This document shows, piece by piece, positions 30,014 through 43,736 of a stretch of DNA of 64,000 bases. The stretch is taken from the NCBI RefSeq assembly GCF_025526975.1, contig NW_026515681.1, positions 558,001 through 622,000 on the forward strand. Reading direction: 5' to 3'. The notes under the pieces are model-generated. The model worked only from the letters and a program-made list of their open reading frames with translations. It searched no databases and was not told where the DNA came from. The DNA comes from Fimicolochytrium jonesii. Taxonomy: Eukaryota. The position numbers were made by a program, and so were the translations under genes. Position 1 is the first letter of the stretch, and every line of letters begins with the position of its first letter.

Positions 30014-32917
30014 ATGGTTCGCGAGCCGGAACTCAACTTGTACGAGCTGGACGTGCCGTTCGTAGTATACGGCTCTCACCGTTTCCTGCCGGAAGAAGAG
30101 GACGAGATAAACTTCGAAGTTGGGGAAGCTATTGTCGTTATGGAGAGGGACGAGCTGTACTCTGACGGTTGGTGGAAGGTACAGTGAAGAAGGAGGCCGC
30201 GAGTGGAATATGTCGGCCGTGGCGTGAGGCAACTCGGGAAGCGAGATATTGAGAGGAGACTGATAAGTTTTCTCGTATTTGTATAGGGTCGTAACCGTGC
30301 GGGCAAAACCGGTCTGTTTCCCAAAAACTTTGTCTCTTACGAACCACCAACGGCGAAACCAGGAACAGCACCAGCGGCAGTCGTTCCGGAGGGGGCCAAA
30401 AGCCCCGCGCCAGTGAAAAGCGTCGTAAACGCAGTTAGCGCCCCTCTCGAAACCCAACGAACATCTAACCCGTTCCATAGCAAACGCTCGTCATCATCAC
30501 ACAGCGACTATCGTTACTCAGCATCAGTCCTAGCCGGACTACGGGAACCCGTTATTCAGGAAGGAAAAGCATCCTCGGCGCAGTCGAAAAATCATGTGAG
30601 GCATCCCAAAGATTGGCGTCCGCAAGAAGTGGAAGAGTGGCTCGTGAAGGAGGGGTTTGCATCCGCTATCGACGTTTTCAGAGGTAGACATGTTCCCGTG
30701 CAATGCCATCGATGGCCATCAACATAACCCAACTTACTCTGATTTCATGTAGAAAACCAAATCGGTGGGGCTCGGTTGATGGAAATGAACCTATCAACCT
30801 TACGCGACCTAGGCATGGAATCCCTGAACGACCGCATCAACATCCTCCACTCCATCCTTGCTCTCCGAGAGGAGTATGCTGATCGGGTGGATCAGCTCTC
30901 TTCCAGACTCTCACAATCCCGGATCTCCTCCAACCGCACCTCGTTTGCGGAACACCGCACCTCCATCATCACCCCGCAACGGACTTCCTCGTTTCTGCAG
31001 CAAAACGTACCGTTGGCACCCGCTGCTGAGTCTGATTCACACCGATATTCCGTATCGACGATGACGAGGGATGCACTGAATGGCACCAAGGAGAGACCTA
31101 CGAACACGACGCGGGATGACACGACTGATTCCGGCAAAGCAGCCAATCACTTATCGATGGACAGATCTGTGTCGCAGAGAATTCCTTATAACGAGCATTT
31201 ACAAGATCTGAACGATACAATAGTACGTGCAGCAGAGATCTTTATGTGCCTCACATTTTCTTGTGCTTAAATCTTGTGCCGCAGACATCACGTGAAGAGA
31301 TTCCGACTGTCATCGACCGCGATCTTCGCAAACCGGCATCCGACTTTACTCTGAGTGACTACTACTACGCCAACGAAGGAGGCGTGCTGACCCTGCAACG
31401 ACGGCTGAAATCACAAGGCGATGAACAGCTTGAGAAACCTGCACCCGCACCAAGACGCGACTCGTTGAACCATCACAACGAGGTACATCTCACCTTGCAC
31501 TCGGAGAGGTTCGTAACACCTTGCTGACTTGAACTGATTCCTCTAGGGTGGACGCGAACCTGCCAGTTCAGGAAAGGAGAATCACTCCCCACCAATCCCC
31601 TCTCAGCGCTCGGATAGCAATGCTGGGAACATGGGCTCTTTTGGCCGCCAGCCTTTGACGCGGCCGATGGACAGCGGTCCCAGCCCTTCTAACAACAACA
31701 TTCTGCAGAGCGGATATCACAGCCAACAGGGCTACCGTGACTCGGAACTACCTCCACCACCGCCACCGAAGAATGATTTGAAACCTCCACTGTGGCAAAG
31801 CAACGTTGGAAACCTGAATACCAGCCCACCAAACGACCAACTGCACGCAATCATCTCGAAGACAACGTCACCACCTTCTGGCGGGCGGAATGGCGGACCC
31901 AGACGCATCGTCTCCCATGCGAAACAGCGACAGCAAATGATGATGGCGCAGCATATTCCTCCCGAGGAGATTGTTGATGGGCTCAAACATTTTGGTGCCC
32001 CGGATTACGACGGAGAGCTGCACGTGAGGAGCTGGGAGACGGGCCGATGGAAGAAACGGTGGTGTGTCATCGATGCTGGGGCGTTGTGGATTCTCAAGTC
32101 TAGGGTATGTCCGTTTTGCACTGAGTACTTCTCATCTGACCGATACTTACCCATTTTCTCCCTTCGATATGAATCCTAGGAGGTCCCAAAGCTGACACTA
32201 CGCGTGCCATTAACCGAAAACACGCAATTCCTACCGTCCACATCAACGCCTGCCCACAAATTCACCTTCCTTCTGCAATCCGTCGCAATGCGCCTTCAAT
32301 TCGCAGCCGAATCTCAACTGTCCATGGTCACATGGCTTAACAACCTCGTCCGAGCAGGGCAGAACAGAGAGCGCACACGGCCCATGCAGCTCATCCCAAT
32401 CAAAGCCGACCCCGAGGTCGTCGCTAAAGAGATCGAAGAACACAACAGGCGAAGCACAGGCGTCGCCGCAGCCATGGACTCCCTGACGCGGAACTCCGGC
32501 AAAATGCGTTCGGGACCAGGTCCCGCCTCGGCGCAGGCATATGCACCCCGCCTGACATTGCAGACCCAGCCAAGCAGCTCACACTCGGACGCCAGCTCGG
32601 GAAGGCGGCCACATACCGCTGAATACCACCCTCCGTCTTCCGCGGGCTCGTCCGGCGCGTCGCCCATGGGCAATCTACTCAGCAGGTTCGGATCGCAAAG
32701 CAAACGCGACCGAGAACAACGAGCCGGCCACCCATTCGCTACAGAGTTAGCCGCCGCCCGAATGCCCCATGGACCTTTCAGTTCCTCCGCGACCGATCTT
32801 AGATTGAATGCTCGGGGAAATGCTAGCGACCAGCATTTGCCCTCGCAGGTATACCACCCCGAGCGCCACGATGCGCAGCGCCTGAGCTCTGCCGGGTCGC
32901 CCGAACACGCGTGGTGA
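30014..32917 (+). CDS. SH3-SAM-PH polarity scaffold, Boi1/Boi2/Pob1-like
   Basis: SH3: EDEINFEVGE...DGWWK|GRN...GLFPKNFV. SAM: WRPQEVEEWL...LRDLGM...DRINIL. PH: DYDGELHVR...WKKRWCVI...FAAESQLSMVTWL. Confidence 0.88.
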
Positions 32918-33434
32918 TCATGAAACGCACCACATCAAGCAAGCACCTACGGGATGATGTCTTCGACTCCCTTGTTTTCTCGTTCTTCCATCTTACATAT
33001 TACTTGATTTCTCTAGATATCCTAATTGGCCCCCCTTCATTACGCGCATCGGCGCCGGAATATCCTCTAGGGATCAGTGTTTTGTACCTTTCTACCCTTT
33101 TCATACCGCTAATCCCCTTACTTGCTTGATTCGGTTTATCTTGCCGGACGGTTGAACGGAGTATATATAGGTGCCGGGACCTTTGTTTTCCGTATGCTTT
33201 GGAATACCATATAGAAGTGCTTTTTGATGGACAATCTGAACTTCTTCTTTCGTACAAGATCACCGTACGCTCGCAAGCATGAATGGGGTTGAATCCACCC
33301 CTCACATAATCCAACGACTTTGACCTGTCCATCGGGTCATTTCCAAAAAAACCAACGGCTTGATGTCCGCCCCTTGCACATTCAAGCACTCTGTTTGGGA
33401 ACTCAGCAGATTCCGGAATCAAGTGTTTCACGAA

Positions 33435-33506
33435 TCCTCCATGGTCCAACGGCTAGGATCCGTCGCTTTCACCGACGTGGCCCGGGTTCGACTCCCGGTG
33501 GGGGAG
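33435..33506 (+). tRNA. tRNA-Glu (TTC)
   Basis: Acceptor stem TCCTCCA/TGGGGGA, anticodon arm CGTCG-CTTTCAC-CGACG, T arm CCGGG-TTCGACT-CCCGG, downstream T-runs as Pol III terminator. Confidence 0.96.
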
Positions 33507-35065
33507 CATATACAGTCCCTTCTTTTTCTTTTTTCCGACCTGGCTGATTCATGTCTATCTTGGATCAGACATTTACTCTCGCCGTTTAAAAAGCGCTAGG
33601 AGAGGGGCTCCTCGTTCCTCGTTTACGAAGCGGACACGGAAAGAAATCACGAGCAAGGCGAGGTGGCCAGCTAACCCTATGATTGATGAGGATTGGAAAG
33701 AAGAAAGCGATTGCAACATCCACGCTGTGGCGTAACTGACAAGAAAGCGTGAGCAATCAGACTTCTCCAAGACAAAAAGCCACTGCACTCTTGAAAAGCC
33801 GCATCAGTTGCGTCCGCCGCGATCCACATCAAAATGCCTTTGCATTGTCAACAAATGTCATAGGAGATAATCCCCACGTCATCTTCATCCTGGCCAGTGC
33901 CATGTCCGCAAATGATCATCCTGTGGCTCATGACGGCCGGCGTCGAAGCAGGGGAAGGAAAACACAAGGGTGCAGAGGCGAGAGTGGAATCTTGGCAGAA
34001 CTTCGGGCTTACCGTGCTGTATAGAGGAACAGCGCATGACAGTAAACCATCATCTTGTTGATAACCCGTTCAGATACCCTTTTTCGACTCTTGCTCACCG
34101 ACGAAGCTGCAGCACCCTCTTCTACAACGTCCATCATCACCGCATCCCCCTCCCCGTCCCCCCTCAACGACCGCACAATCATCAATATCCATTCTGCCCT
34201 CCTCCTCTCAACACGCTCGCTTCGCAGCGCTTCCCAAATCGTCGTGGTTTTGATTGGGAACATAGTTGCGTCGATTCGGCATATGCCTTCCTTGTTTGTG
34301 GCGCCACGTTCGCTTCCTCGACCTCCTTCGTCGACCTTGCCCACTGCGCCCTACTGCCCAGTAACGGGCTGTTCTTCTGGAAGTACGGCGCTTTCGCGGC
34401 GTCGGGTTCTGGTAGTAGTTTCGGGTCCAGCTCGTCGGATATATGCCGGAGAAGTGTTCACAGGCATGCCGAACCCTCTGCGGCGAGGGCGTCTCTGTGA
34501 GTTGCGATGGTCAGTTGATTGGCGGACAGTACGGGTTACGTATTGAAGATGGTGGGTGCTGGGAAAATGCGGGAACCGCGAACGGCCTGGGGGTCGGGTA
34601 AAAACCAATATATGTACAGTACTGTAGTTGGGGTAGCTTCTTCAACTCTAGGGCGGTCCTGTCCTGCACCCCAGGCGTCCACCAGTAACCATGTCGTGGG
34701 AAATAGCAACGGCTCGTCGCCTCGTCAGCAAGATGCGGGTGCGGCCTGTGCGGCGAACCTTCGAGGCCTGCTTCGAGGCTTTGGCCTCCGCGTCTCCGAG
34801 CCTCCGCGTTACGCACAAGTTGAGGACAAGTGAGGGGAATGGCTTGTTCCCCGCGGGCATTTTGTGGGGAAGTGCAAGAACTGGCCGCTGGGGTTACGAA
34901 AGTTCTACCCTTGCAATGGAGGTGCACACCGCACAGTATCACATATATATCTCGGGTGATAGGAGGAAGGAAAGTCCGCCAATCCCGCAACCCACATATT
35001 GACCTTTTCGCATCCAGGGAGTTCAAGCATCTTCTCAGTATCCACTCACTTTCTCAGGAAAAACA

Positions 35066-35716
35066 ATGACGTCGGAGCGTGCCGCGACGAAGACTGCGAC
35101 GTCTGCGACAACGACAACAAATACGGTCGAGACGACGGTGGTCCACGTCCTCACCCCCGAGAAGGAGTGGAAGCCGGTGGAGGTACCACTACCAAAATTG
35201 ACAGCCTCACTTCATTGGGAGGAGTGGGAGCGCCAAGAGGGCGTGCGCATCGAGAAGCAGACGGCCCGAACCCACTCGCGCCATCGACACGCCACCCGGC
35301 CCACTGCCACCCTCCACTGCGACTACTCTGACGACGAGGAGGAGCGAGAGGTGAGGAAGTCGCGGGGCAGGGTGGCGCGGAGTCAAAGACGCTCGCACGA
35401 CCCAAACCAACGTCGGAAATCCTCGCCGGCTGGTCGCACCATCGGCAACTCCCTCCGCAGCTTCTGCACCTTCTGCAACCCGCAGCTCGCGAACCGCGTC
35501 CTGCGTCGACACGACGCCCACGAGGATGCGAAGGAGACTGATAGTGACGCTGCACCAATCGGGAAGGAAGAGACGATGGGGCAGTTGGTGGGGCAGTTCT
35601 TGGAGAGGTGCAGTTTGCATAGGCAGAACGACGACACCATGGACAGCGACACAATGGACCGCTACACCTGCATACCCGCGCAACCTACCCTCTCTACACA
35701 CTTGCCACAATGCTGA
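35066..35716 (+). CDS. Hypothetical protein (216 aa)
   Basis: ATG-initiated ORF followed by AT-rich sequence; no recognisable domain. Confidence 0.35.
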   Translation: MTSERAATKTATSATTTTNTVETTVVHVLTPEKEWKPVEVPLPKLTASLHWEEWERQEGVRIEKQTARTHSRHRHATRPTATLHCDYSDDEEEREVRKSRGRVARSQRRSHDPNQRRKSSPAGRTIGNSLRSFCTFCNPQLANRVLRRHDAHEDAKETDSDAAPIGKEETMGQLVGQFLERCSLHRQNDDTMDSDTMDRYTCIPAQPTLSTHLPQC

Positions 35717-37046
35717 GCGTGGAAGTGAGCTAGATCCGCAATGGGATCCAGAGTGCCAGGGGCTAGGCAGAAAGTTTACTAAATATAAATAATGTTCCGA
35801 TGCGGCTCGGTTGATTACAGACCGTTTATCACCCTTTGTATAATATAATTTATGGCGATGTAAATGAGGAGCTCAAGAAATAGCTCGCGTCTGCATTAGC
35901 TACTGGCCGAGAGGGTTGTGGAAGTCCCGGATGTGCATGTGCAGTGTGATAGCCATGGAAAGAAAGGTGTGGGAAGAGTGTCGCCCTCCGTCGCGGCAAC
36001 CCGCTGCACGAAAAGTCCGGGAAAAGCAGCAGGAGAATGAAGGGCGAAGGGGTGATCAAAGCTGGTGGACCTTCGCGTGGACGGCAATCATGGTGGGAAA
36101 ATGGCTGGAATCTCAAACAAATGGTGAGAATCCGAGGTGCAAAGGCTGGGATGGCTCCGGATGACGAGCTACTCAGGGTCTCCCACACCCGTTTTCTTCT
36201 TCTCGCCATCCGGTTGGGAACTGGCGTAGGATCAGAATCTCGGGGGTCTCCTTGTGTAAACACCAGCAGAAGTGAAAATTCGCGTTATTCACCGGTTCAA
36301 ATGATATGCACAGCACAAGATGCACCAGTATTTGGTATGCGGTCACTTGAAGCACATCAGCACAAGTAGATAAACAGATAGTGATGCATTCCTCTTTCAT
36401 TTCCGCCACCTGTTTTTCTGCTATTCTTCTGACGTCCCTGTTCGTGTACATAACAGATCAGATTACCATTCTTTCTCGGTTCCCCACGCTTTCGCTTTGT
36501 CTGAGCTATATGGTGCCAGATTCAGAAATGACTGAGGAAAGCCCTCCAATCCATGCCTTACAAAGTTTCGTAACGGGTCATCCACTTGAACGCGTTGCGA
36601 AGTTGACCCGCGAACGCAACGACGCGTTTGGTAACGTCAGCCGTTAGGACATGAGCGCCTCGCGAACTCGACAGCGCTACATGTCCGAGAAGTAGCAGTC
36701 GAGGGTGCGATATTCACGATGTACTACTGATCTTATACCGCTCGTCATGTGGTTCAATGCTACTACAACACAATCATTCACCAGGCATATTTTCATTATA
36801 AAGGAAAGCTGGCCTTGCCGAGGTACAACGGGAGTAGGTCTATGTGCAAACGAAGGGGAAGAAGGCGGCGCCGAACAGAACAGCAAACAGCAAACAGCAA
36901 CAGACCAGCAGGGCATGGCGTGGCCGAATACAACAACAAGAGTGGGGGAGATCGAAGGGCATTGCCAAATATCACAGAGGTACATAGACTTTGGACAACC
37001 GGGTACCGGCTAAAGTGAAGGTTCCACCTAAGTTCTACTTCATTCT

Positions 37047-38506
37047 CTACGCCGACTGGGATCGGAAGATACGGTTGCGCCCACGTTGGTGGCAGTCCAC
37101 CTCATTGCAGGGCACACGGCGTTGAGCCTGAGCCTCAACAGCAACATCATCATCGCCACGAGCAGTAGATTCGGGAATGCAGCCCCTGACCACCGTCTGA
37201 TGAATAGCATTCAAGAGATCACCGTTGTCGTTGTTAATAGCCCAGAACATGATTCCGCCGGCGTTCCTCAACGCGTATCGGGTGCGCTGTCGAGCAAAGC
37301 GTGGGTCAGGCAAGGTGGTGAACGATGCCTCGGCGGCGTTGTACCAGAAGGATTCTTTCTCGGCAGTGTCCCAATGACGCTGCCATCCAGGACCGCTGAC
37401 GACCTCAATCTGGGTGTTATAAGGCTGGCCATCGTCTACGGTGCCGTTGTAGGGTTGGTTGAGACCGTTGTTGGTGGGAGGTACGCCGTGGAAGGTTTTG
37501 CCGTAGAAGGGGATGCCCGGCACGACTTGAGATGGAGCGAAGCCTAGGCCTGTCCAGGTGTTGATAGCGCCGCGGAACAAGGAGAAGGGAGAGTCGGATC
37601 CGGTCGTTTCAGTCCATTCGCCGACGGTATCGTACACCATGGGGTAAACGTAGTTCATGACTCGGGCGAATGCAGAGAGATCCGTCACTTCCGTGCCGTT
37701 GCGGATCCAAGGATCGATGGAAACAGCGGCCGTGATCAAAGAGCCCCTTGGGGAGAGCGGCACGAAGCTCTCGAACCAGGAGGAGCAGGTTGTCAACATC
37801 GAAGGGATCTATTTGGAGACAAACTCCGGTCAGCAGATTAATGACGAATGCTTTCTTTCATAAAGGCTTACCAATGGTGTTGCCAGGCGCTCCCTCGCTT
37901 CCCGGGAACTCCCAGTCAATGTCTACACCGTTTAGCCTGAATTTCCTGACGAGGGACAAGGCGCTTCGTACGAAATTGGCTCTGAGTTGAGGGCTTCTAG
38001 GAATGACACTGAAGAAGGTGCTTCCTGTAAAAAATTCAAAGAGTCTAGCGGTTGCTCGCGAACCCATAGCAGATGAGCTATGCGAGCCTTACCACCCCAT
38101 CCTCCAATACTCAAAACCACCTTCGTTTTGGAGCCAGATGCAGCCGCAGCCGCTCTGAGTGCGACCAGGGTATCCCAAGACCCTGATTCGGGCTCCAAAG
38201 TACCATTCGCCTGAGGAGTCGCGAAAGCTGCCGCACACAAACGATTGGAATGACATCAGCATCTGGAAGGACAACGACGGCGCGGGAAGTACAACAAAAG
38301 CAATACTAACCGAAGTTGAGGATAGTGACCTTGTTAAACTGAACATTAGGGATGTCGCTGGTTTCACCGTAGAAGTAACCCACGACTTGGAAGTTTCTCG
38401 AGGGACAGGTGGCAGTGTCCACGGACGACTCGGAGAGAGGGCTGGCATAGACGGCGGTAACCAGGAAGGCGAGCAACGACAACAGGAAGGCGACCGAGAA
38501 GCGCAT
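37047..38506 (-). pseudogene. Secreted GH18 chitinase with an apparent +1 frameshift
   Basis: Signal peptide, LSIGGWG, NGVDIDWEFP, MVYD, GIPFYG, GGIMFW. Exon 4 reads DPFDVDNLLLLVRELRAALPKG and must change frame at the C4 run (37744-37747) to continue SLITAAVS. Confidence 0.85.
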
Positions 38507-40651
38507 GGTTCGTTGCGTTTCTCTGCTGCGATTCAGTGAAGTCTTGGTAGAGATGGTCTAGTATAAGATGCTTCGTCGTTGTGTATACTGTGATGAATAT
38601 GCGAGTGACAGGTAATCGAGAGATCAAACAGGTTTTGCGGCGACGAAACCTTCCACTTACCCTTGAAATTATGCAGGACGTAACTTCCTGCAGCAACAGC
38701 TTGAGTTGCGAGGGATGAGAATACGGGATGAGGAGCCTGGGGACCAGCCGTCTTTTATAGACAACTGCGACTGCAGCTGGCCCTCCCGCAACATGAGGGA
38801 GCGGTGGCGGCCAACGTGAGCGACATATTCTCCCACACAGTTCAAATCGATGGGCACACAACCTGTAAGTTTGGCTGCAACGTAACCCAACCCGCATGTT
38901 CCCAAGGATACATGTATATGTAACGCACTCTGTGCACCCGTCGTCTTTTGTTCAAATGCGCTTTTGTTCGTCGGAAAGCCTGGAACCGCTCCTTCAGCTG
39001 TCAGTCGCGCTGTCAAATACCTGTCATTCTTTTCAAATACCCATTCTGAATGCGTGATGCTAGCCCTGTACGCAAAGCTGAGCGTGGTTTGTGGATGTCC
39101 CTACTCACAATTAGAATTCTTCGGAGCAGGAAGGATGTGTTCCGTTCACTGCACACCGATCATGTGGCCATCGGCGTAAGATGGTTGTGAGGTTGATTGG
39201 GGTGTCATACTCATCCTTTGCCTTCGAATGAAAGGCATAGTTACGTTGCACAATGAAAGTGCAATGAAAAAGAAAAGATTGTCCCAGCGGCGGGAAAAAG
39301 CTTTTCGAGAGATACTGTATTACGTTCTCAATCTTCGATGCTATCGGCCTGGAGGTTTACGCGAATGTGTTGCGCTGGCATGACCCTCGCTCGGTATGCA
39401 CTGCGTGAGCCTCGCTGTCATGTTCACGGCTCGAAGTAGTCTGGACACTCCACGGCTCCGGTCAACCACCGCATCCTATGCTACTCGATGAACGGGTCGT
39501 GACCTTTGACATGCGTTGATGACAGGATAGGTTTGTTTTAGAAATGGATTTGCGGAACACCTCAGTCCGTGGCACTTGGACCAGACGTCGGCAGCGGTAC
39601 ATCTGAATTCAGGGGCATCTCAAATGGCAAGCGTCTGGTGACTGGCACAGGTGGCAGTACTCCAGTATCTCGGCAGATTGCCCGCAAACTTGGAATCTGT
39701 ACACAGAGCAAAGCGGTTGGCATACGCCTACCGCTGGGCTGGCGCTGCCTTACGAGTATATCCAGTGGTATCATGGATTCCATGGGAAAGCAAGATCCAA
39801 ACGGAAGGGCTAGTCATCCATGAGCGGTGTCGACAGAGAGCAGAATTCGAAACGGCCTGGGTGAACGAGGTTTCCTCATGATTATTTGCTCTTCTGTTTT
39901 CCTTCAGCTTAGATCATTGCTTGGTTGTGTTCGGGGAGCAGTAGACGAAGAGGGTTATTCTGGTGTGCAGCCGTGCCAGGGTTGAAGTTCGGATTCTCCG
40001 TGATCAGTGTGTCCGAGAACTGAAGGTGGGCGCTTCAGAAGTTTGAGAAGAGATTTTAAATACATCCGATCACGAGCGGTCAATGAAACTTCTGCGTTCT
40101 GTGCGATCGTTCATATTTTGTATGTTGCATTGGAAGTTCGGCTGCCATCCTACTGCAGCCTTACTGAGGGGTACAGGTGAAATTCATTCCCCCGGGTATG
40201 TCTCGTGATGTCCAGCAGTATCCGGCGATAAGGCGGCCTAGATTTGGCCAGGGGCAGGCTCTACGCAAGTCAGAGAACTCACATCCACCCATATCGGGAT
40301 CATTCGCCTAGTATCTCATCGCCATGCGCCCTTCATCACATCACCCCGAGTCAAATCTCGACCAGTCAAGCTTGTTTGAATGTGAATACGTTATATTTGC
40401 TCGGAGAGGTCACAAGAAATTTTCTCCAAAAGTCTACCTGGCACTTGATCGTCGTATAAAAACAAGGAAAGAGGAGATTTGCGATGACATGGTCATATAC
40501 ATCCATGTAAACCGCAAGTTACATGCAGGAAGGAGGGGGGGCGCCCCCACGGCGAGTCAATAGAAGCATTCCACGGGAACATTCGTCACATCCGCCGCGT
40601 GAAAATGAAGCTAAGGAAGCCTCAAACGGGTTGCAGGGTTCCTCTCCATCC

Positions 40652-41559
<908 letters not shown>

Positions 41560-41763
41560 TCACCGGGTTTTAATTGTCGCGTCAGCACGTGAGGAGGAGG
41601 GAGTTTTAATGCATGCGTTTGTTGATGAAGCACAGCGTTGACGCCGTTGAGTCCTTTCCCCTTTCCCACTTCTCGCGTGCGTCCACCGGTCCCTGGGAAC
41701 CGTCTGCATCGTCTCACGGCCACGGACAACCGACCACTTCGCCTTCATATCACACTCGAAGCT

Positions 41764-42995
41764 ATGCCTAGTCACCGCGGCTTGAAAGTGCACGTTCAGG
41801 TGGACAACCAGAACCTCAAGGAATACAAGACGACTGTCTCGGACGATGGCAAACTGTCACTTGTTATATCATCTCGCAGGAGGACAAGGAATACCAGATT
41901 CTCTACACACTCGGTCCGGAGTTTGGACAGGTTGACGAGCGAGAACCCGGAGCAAAGGCCCCTTAGTATCTGTGCACTGCATCTTTGGATGGGGTCCCCT
42001 CGACCAAATCGGTCATCGCGCCGCCCGGTTGGAAGGAGAAAGGTGTTCGCAGCGGGACAAAGCTATACCCGTTCCGTTTCGGCAAATTGGACCCAGAAGC
42101 CGCTGAAGAAAATGATGGCCCACCACCGCAGTTGAACTCGAAATTGCAGGAGCTGAGTACCATCAAAGTGGAAATAACGAGGGTCGCTGACAGGCAAATA
42201 AATGTCCGGTCCACCGAGCCAATGGCGCCTCCTGATCTATCAGCCGGCAACATCTCAAAGAAGAAGGACGCTTTTCTTAGTCACCGCAGTGTGTATGTTG
42301 ACGGAGCGAACGAGAATAACCTTACTTTTGGAGCTTTAAACGTTTTCGTCCTATAGTCTAGGTGAAGCAGAGGAGATCCCACCAATCTTTACGTGTCAAG
42401 CTGAGTACATGGATAACAAGCAACCAGTTGTCACCTTCATCTTCAAGTACCGATCCCGTTGTACGTAACCCTCACAGGTTTTCGCCTAGACCGACTTGTA
42501 CAATCTTACTGACTTAATCTATCCTCAGCACTCCTCGAAGCCGACGACATCATCCCTTACATCCCAACCGAAGCAGGCGCCGCAGAATTCAACCCCGCTA
42601 CGCCCCAACCCCCCCGCATCCCCCGCCGCCGCCTCCTCCTCCCCCAACGCTCTACAACCCCCATAAAAATCGACTCGGACGAGGACATCACAATCGACCT
42701 CACAGCAGAAACAGACTCGTTCACCGTCACACGCCGCAAACGTGAAGCTGGCTCCTCATCCTCATCCTCTGTCGTTGTCAAACGTGCCAAAACAGGGGAG
42801 GGGGGTGTGATTGATCTTGTGAAACAGGAGGGTGAAGGGGCAAGGGAGAAGGAGGAGATGCGGGTGTTGAGAGAGCAGGTGCGGAGTTTGCAGGAGAGGT
42901 TGGGGAGACAGGGGGAGGCGAGTGGGAGTGGGAGTGGGAGTGGGAGTGTGGATGGACCGGCTGGACCGGCTGCTCAATCGTCTTCGACGGCGTAA
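41764..42995 (+). pseudogene. Fungal DUF7918-like gene with a frameshift and an in-frame stop
   Basis: V.VD...LKEY...TVTCYI, PFRFGKL, STIKVEI, FIFKYRSR.LLEA..IIP motifs. Frameshift at the A-run 41851-41853; TAG at 41964-41966. Family name is from memory. Confidence 0.7.
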
Positions 42996-43355
42996 ATCTT
43001 TTTCGCGCGGCGGTTCAACCTTGGGACAGGTTCGTTATCATGCGCCACGGCGGTTGCGACCTGCATATGGGCGTTCATCAGCAGCTCTCAGCATATTATT
43101 TCTCTTCACCACAGCGCATCCCTATTTGGCCCCCTACTGCAAAGATGTTTTCCACCCTTTCACGTTATAACCATCGCACAAAGTCTTGCTAATCAGAGAA
43201 ATTGAATGTGAGCATTTGCCTAGTGTACGAATGTCAATGAACAAGATTTTGAGCAAAAAAGATGGATACAAATGGTGTACAAAGGGAACTACGTTTCCCG
43301 GCAAAGTGGTTGTGGCGGGGGCCGGGAGTAATAAAACCCAGCCCAGGGGGTCTTG

Positions 43356-43394
43356 TAACCCTAATCCTAACCCTAACCCTAACCCTAACCCTAA
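43356..43394 (-). repeat. Interstitial telomere tract, ~6.5 CCCTAA units
   Basis: TAA CCCTAA TCCTAA (CCCTAA)4. Confidence 0.95.
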
Positions 43395-43736
43395 ATGTTG
43401 CGCGTCCACGAAATGTGCGAGCGAACAATCCGTTGGGATGGGGGATGGAATAGTTCGATGGGAAACAGAATGTATTTAAAGGCGATTTATGATGATGCAG
43501 AAAAAAAGGGAAGGGAGGAAATACGGGACGCAAAAAGGGTAAGAAGCAGGAGAAATATCTATCACAAACAGTTTTCTATGACGGAACATCAGTCTAAAGT
43601 GCTCGCGCTAGCCTTGGAAAGTCTATAATGAAAGCAAACGGAGGAGTGACGAAGGAGAATGAAAATAAATGAGCAAAAGGTACAAAGTACGAGCGAAAAC
43701 CATAGAAAAGCGGCCGAGTGCGATCAAATGCTGTTC

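Noticed and set aside
33970..35030. Overlapping ORFs after the tRNA
   Set aside because: No recognisable motifs and interrupted frames; possibly a relic, but unsupported.
43280..43460. Second copy of the telomere-bearing MITE
   Set aside because: It shares only ACCCAGCCC and the telomere tract; no convincing TIR or TSD.
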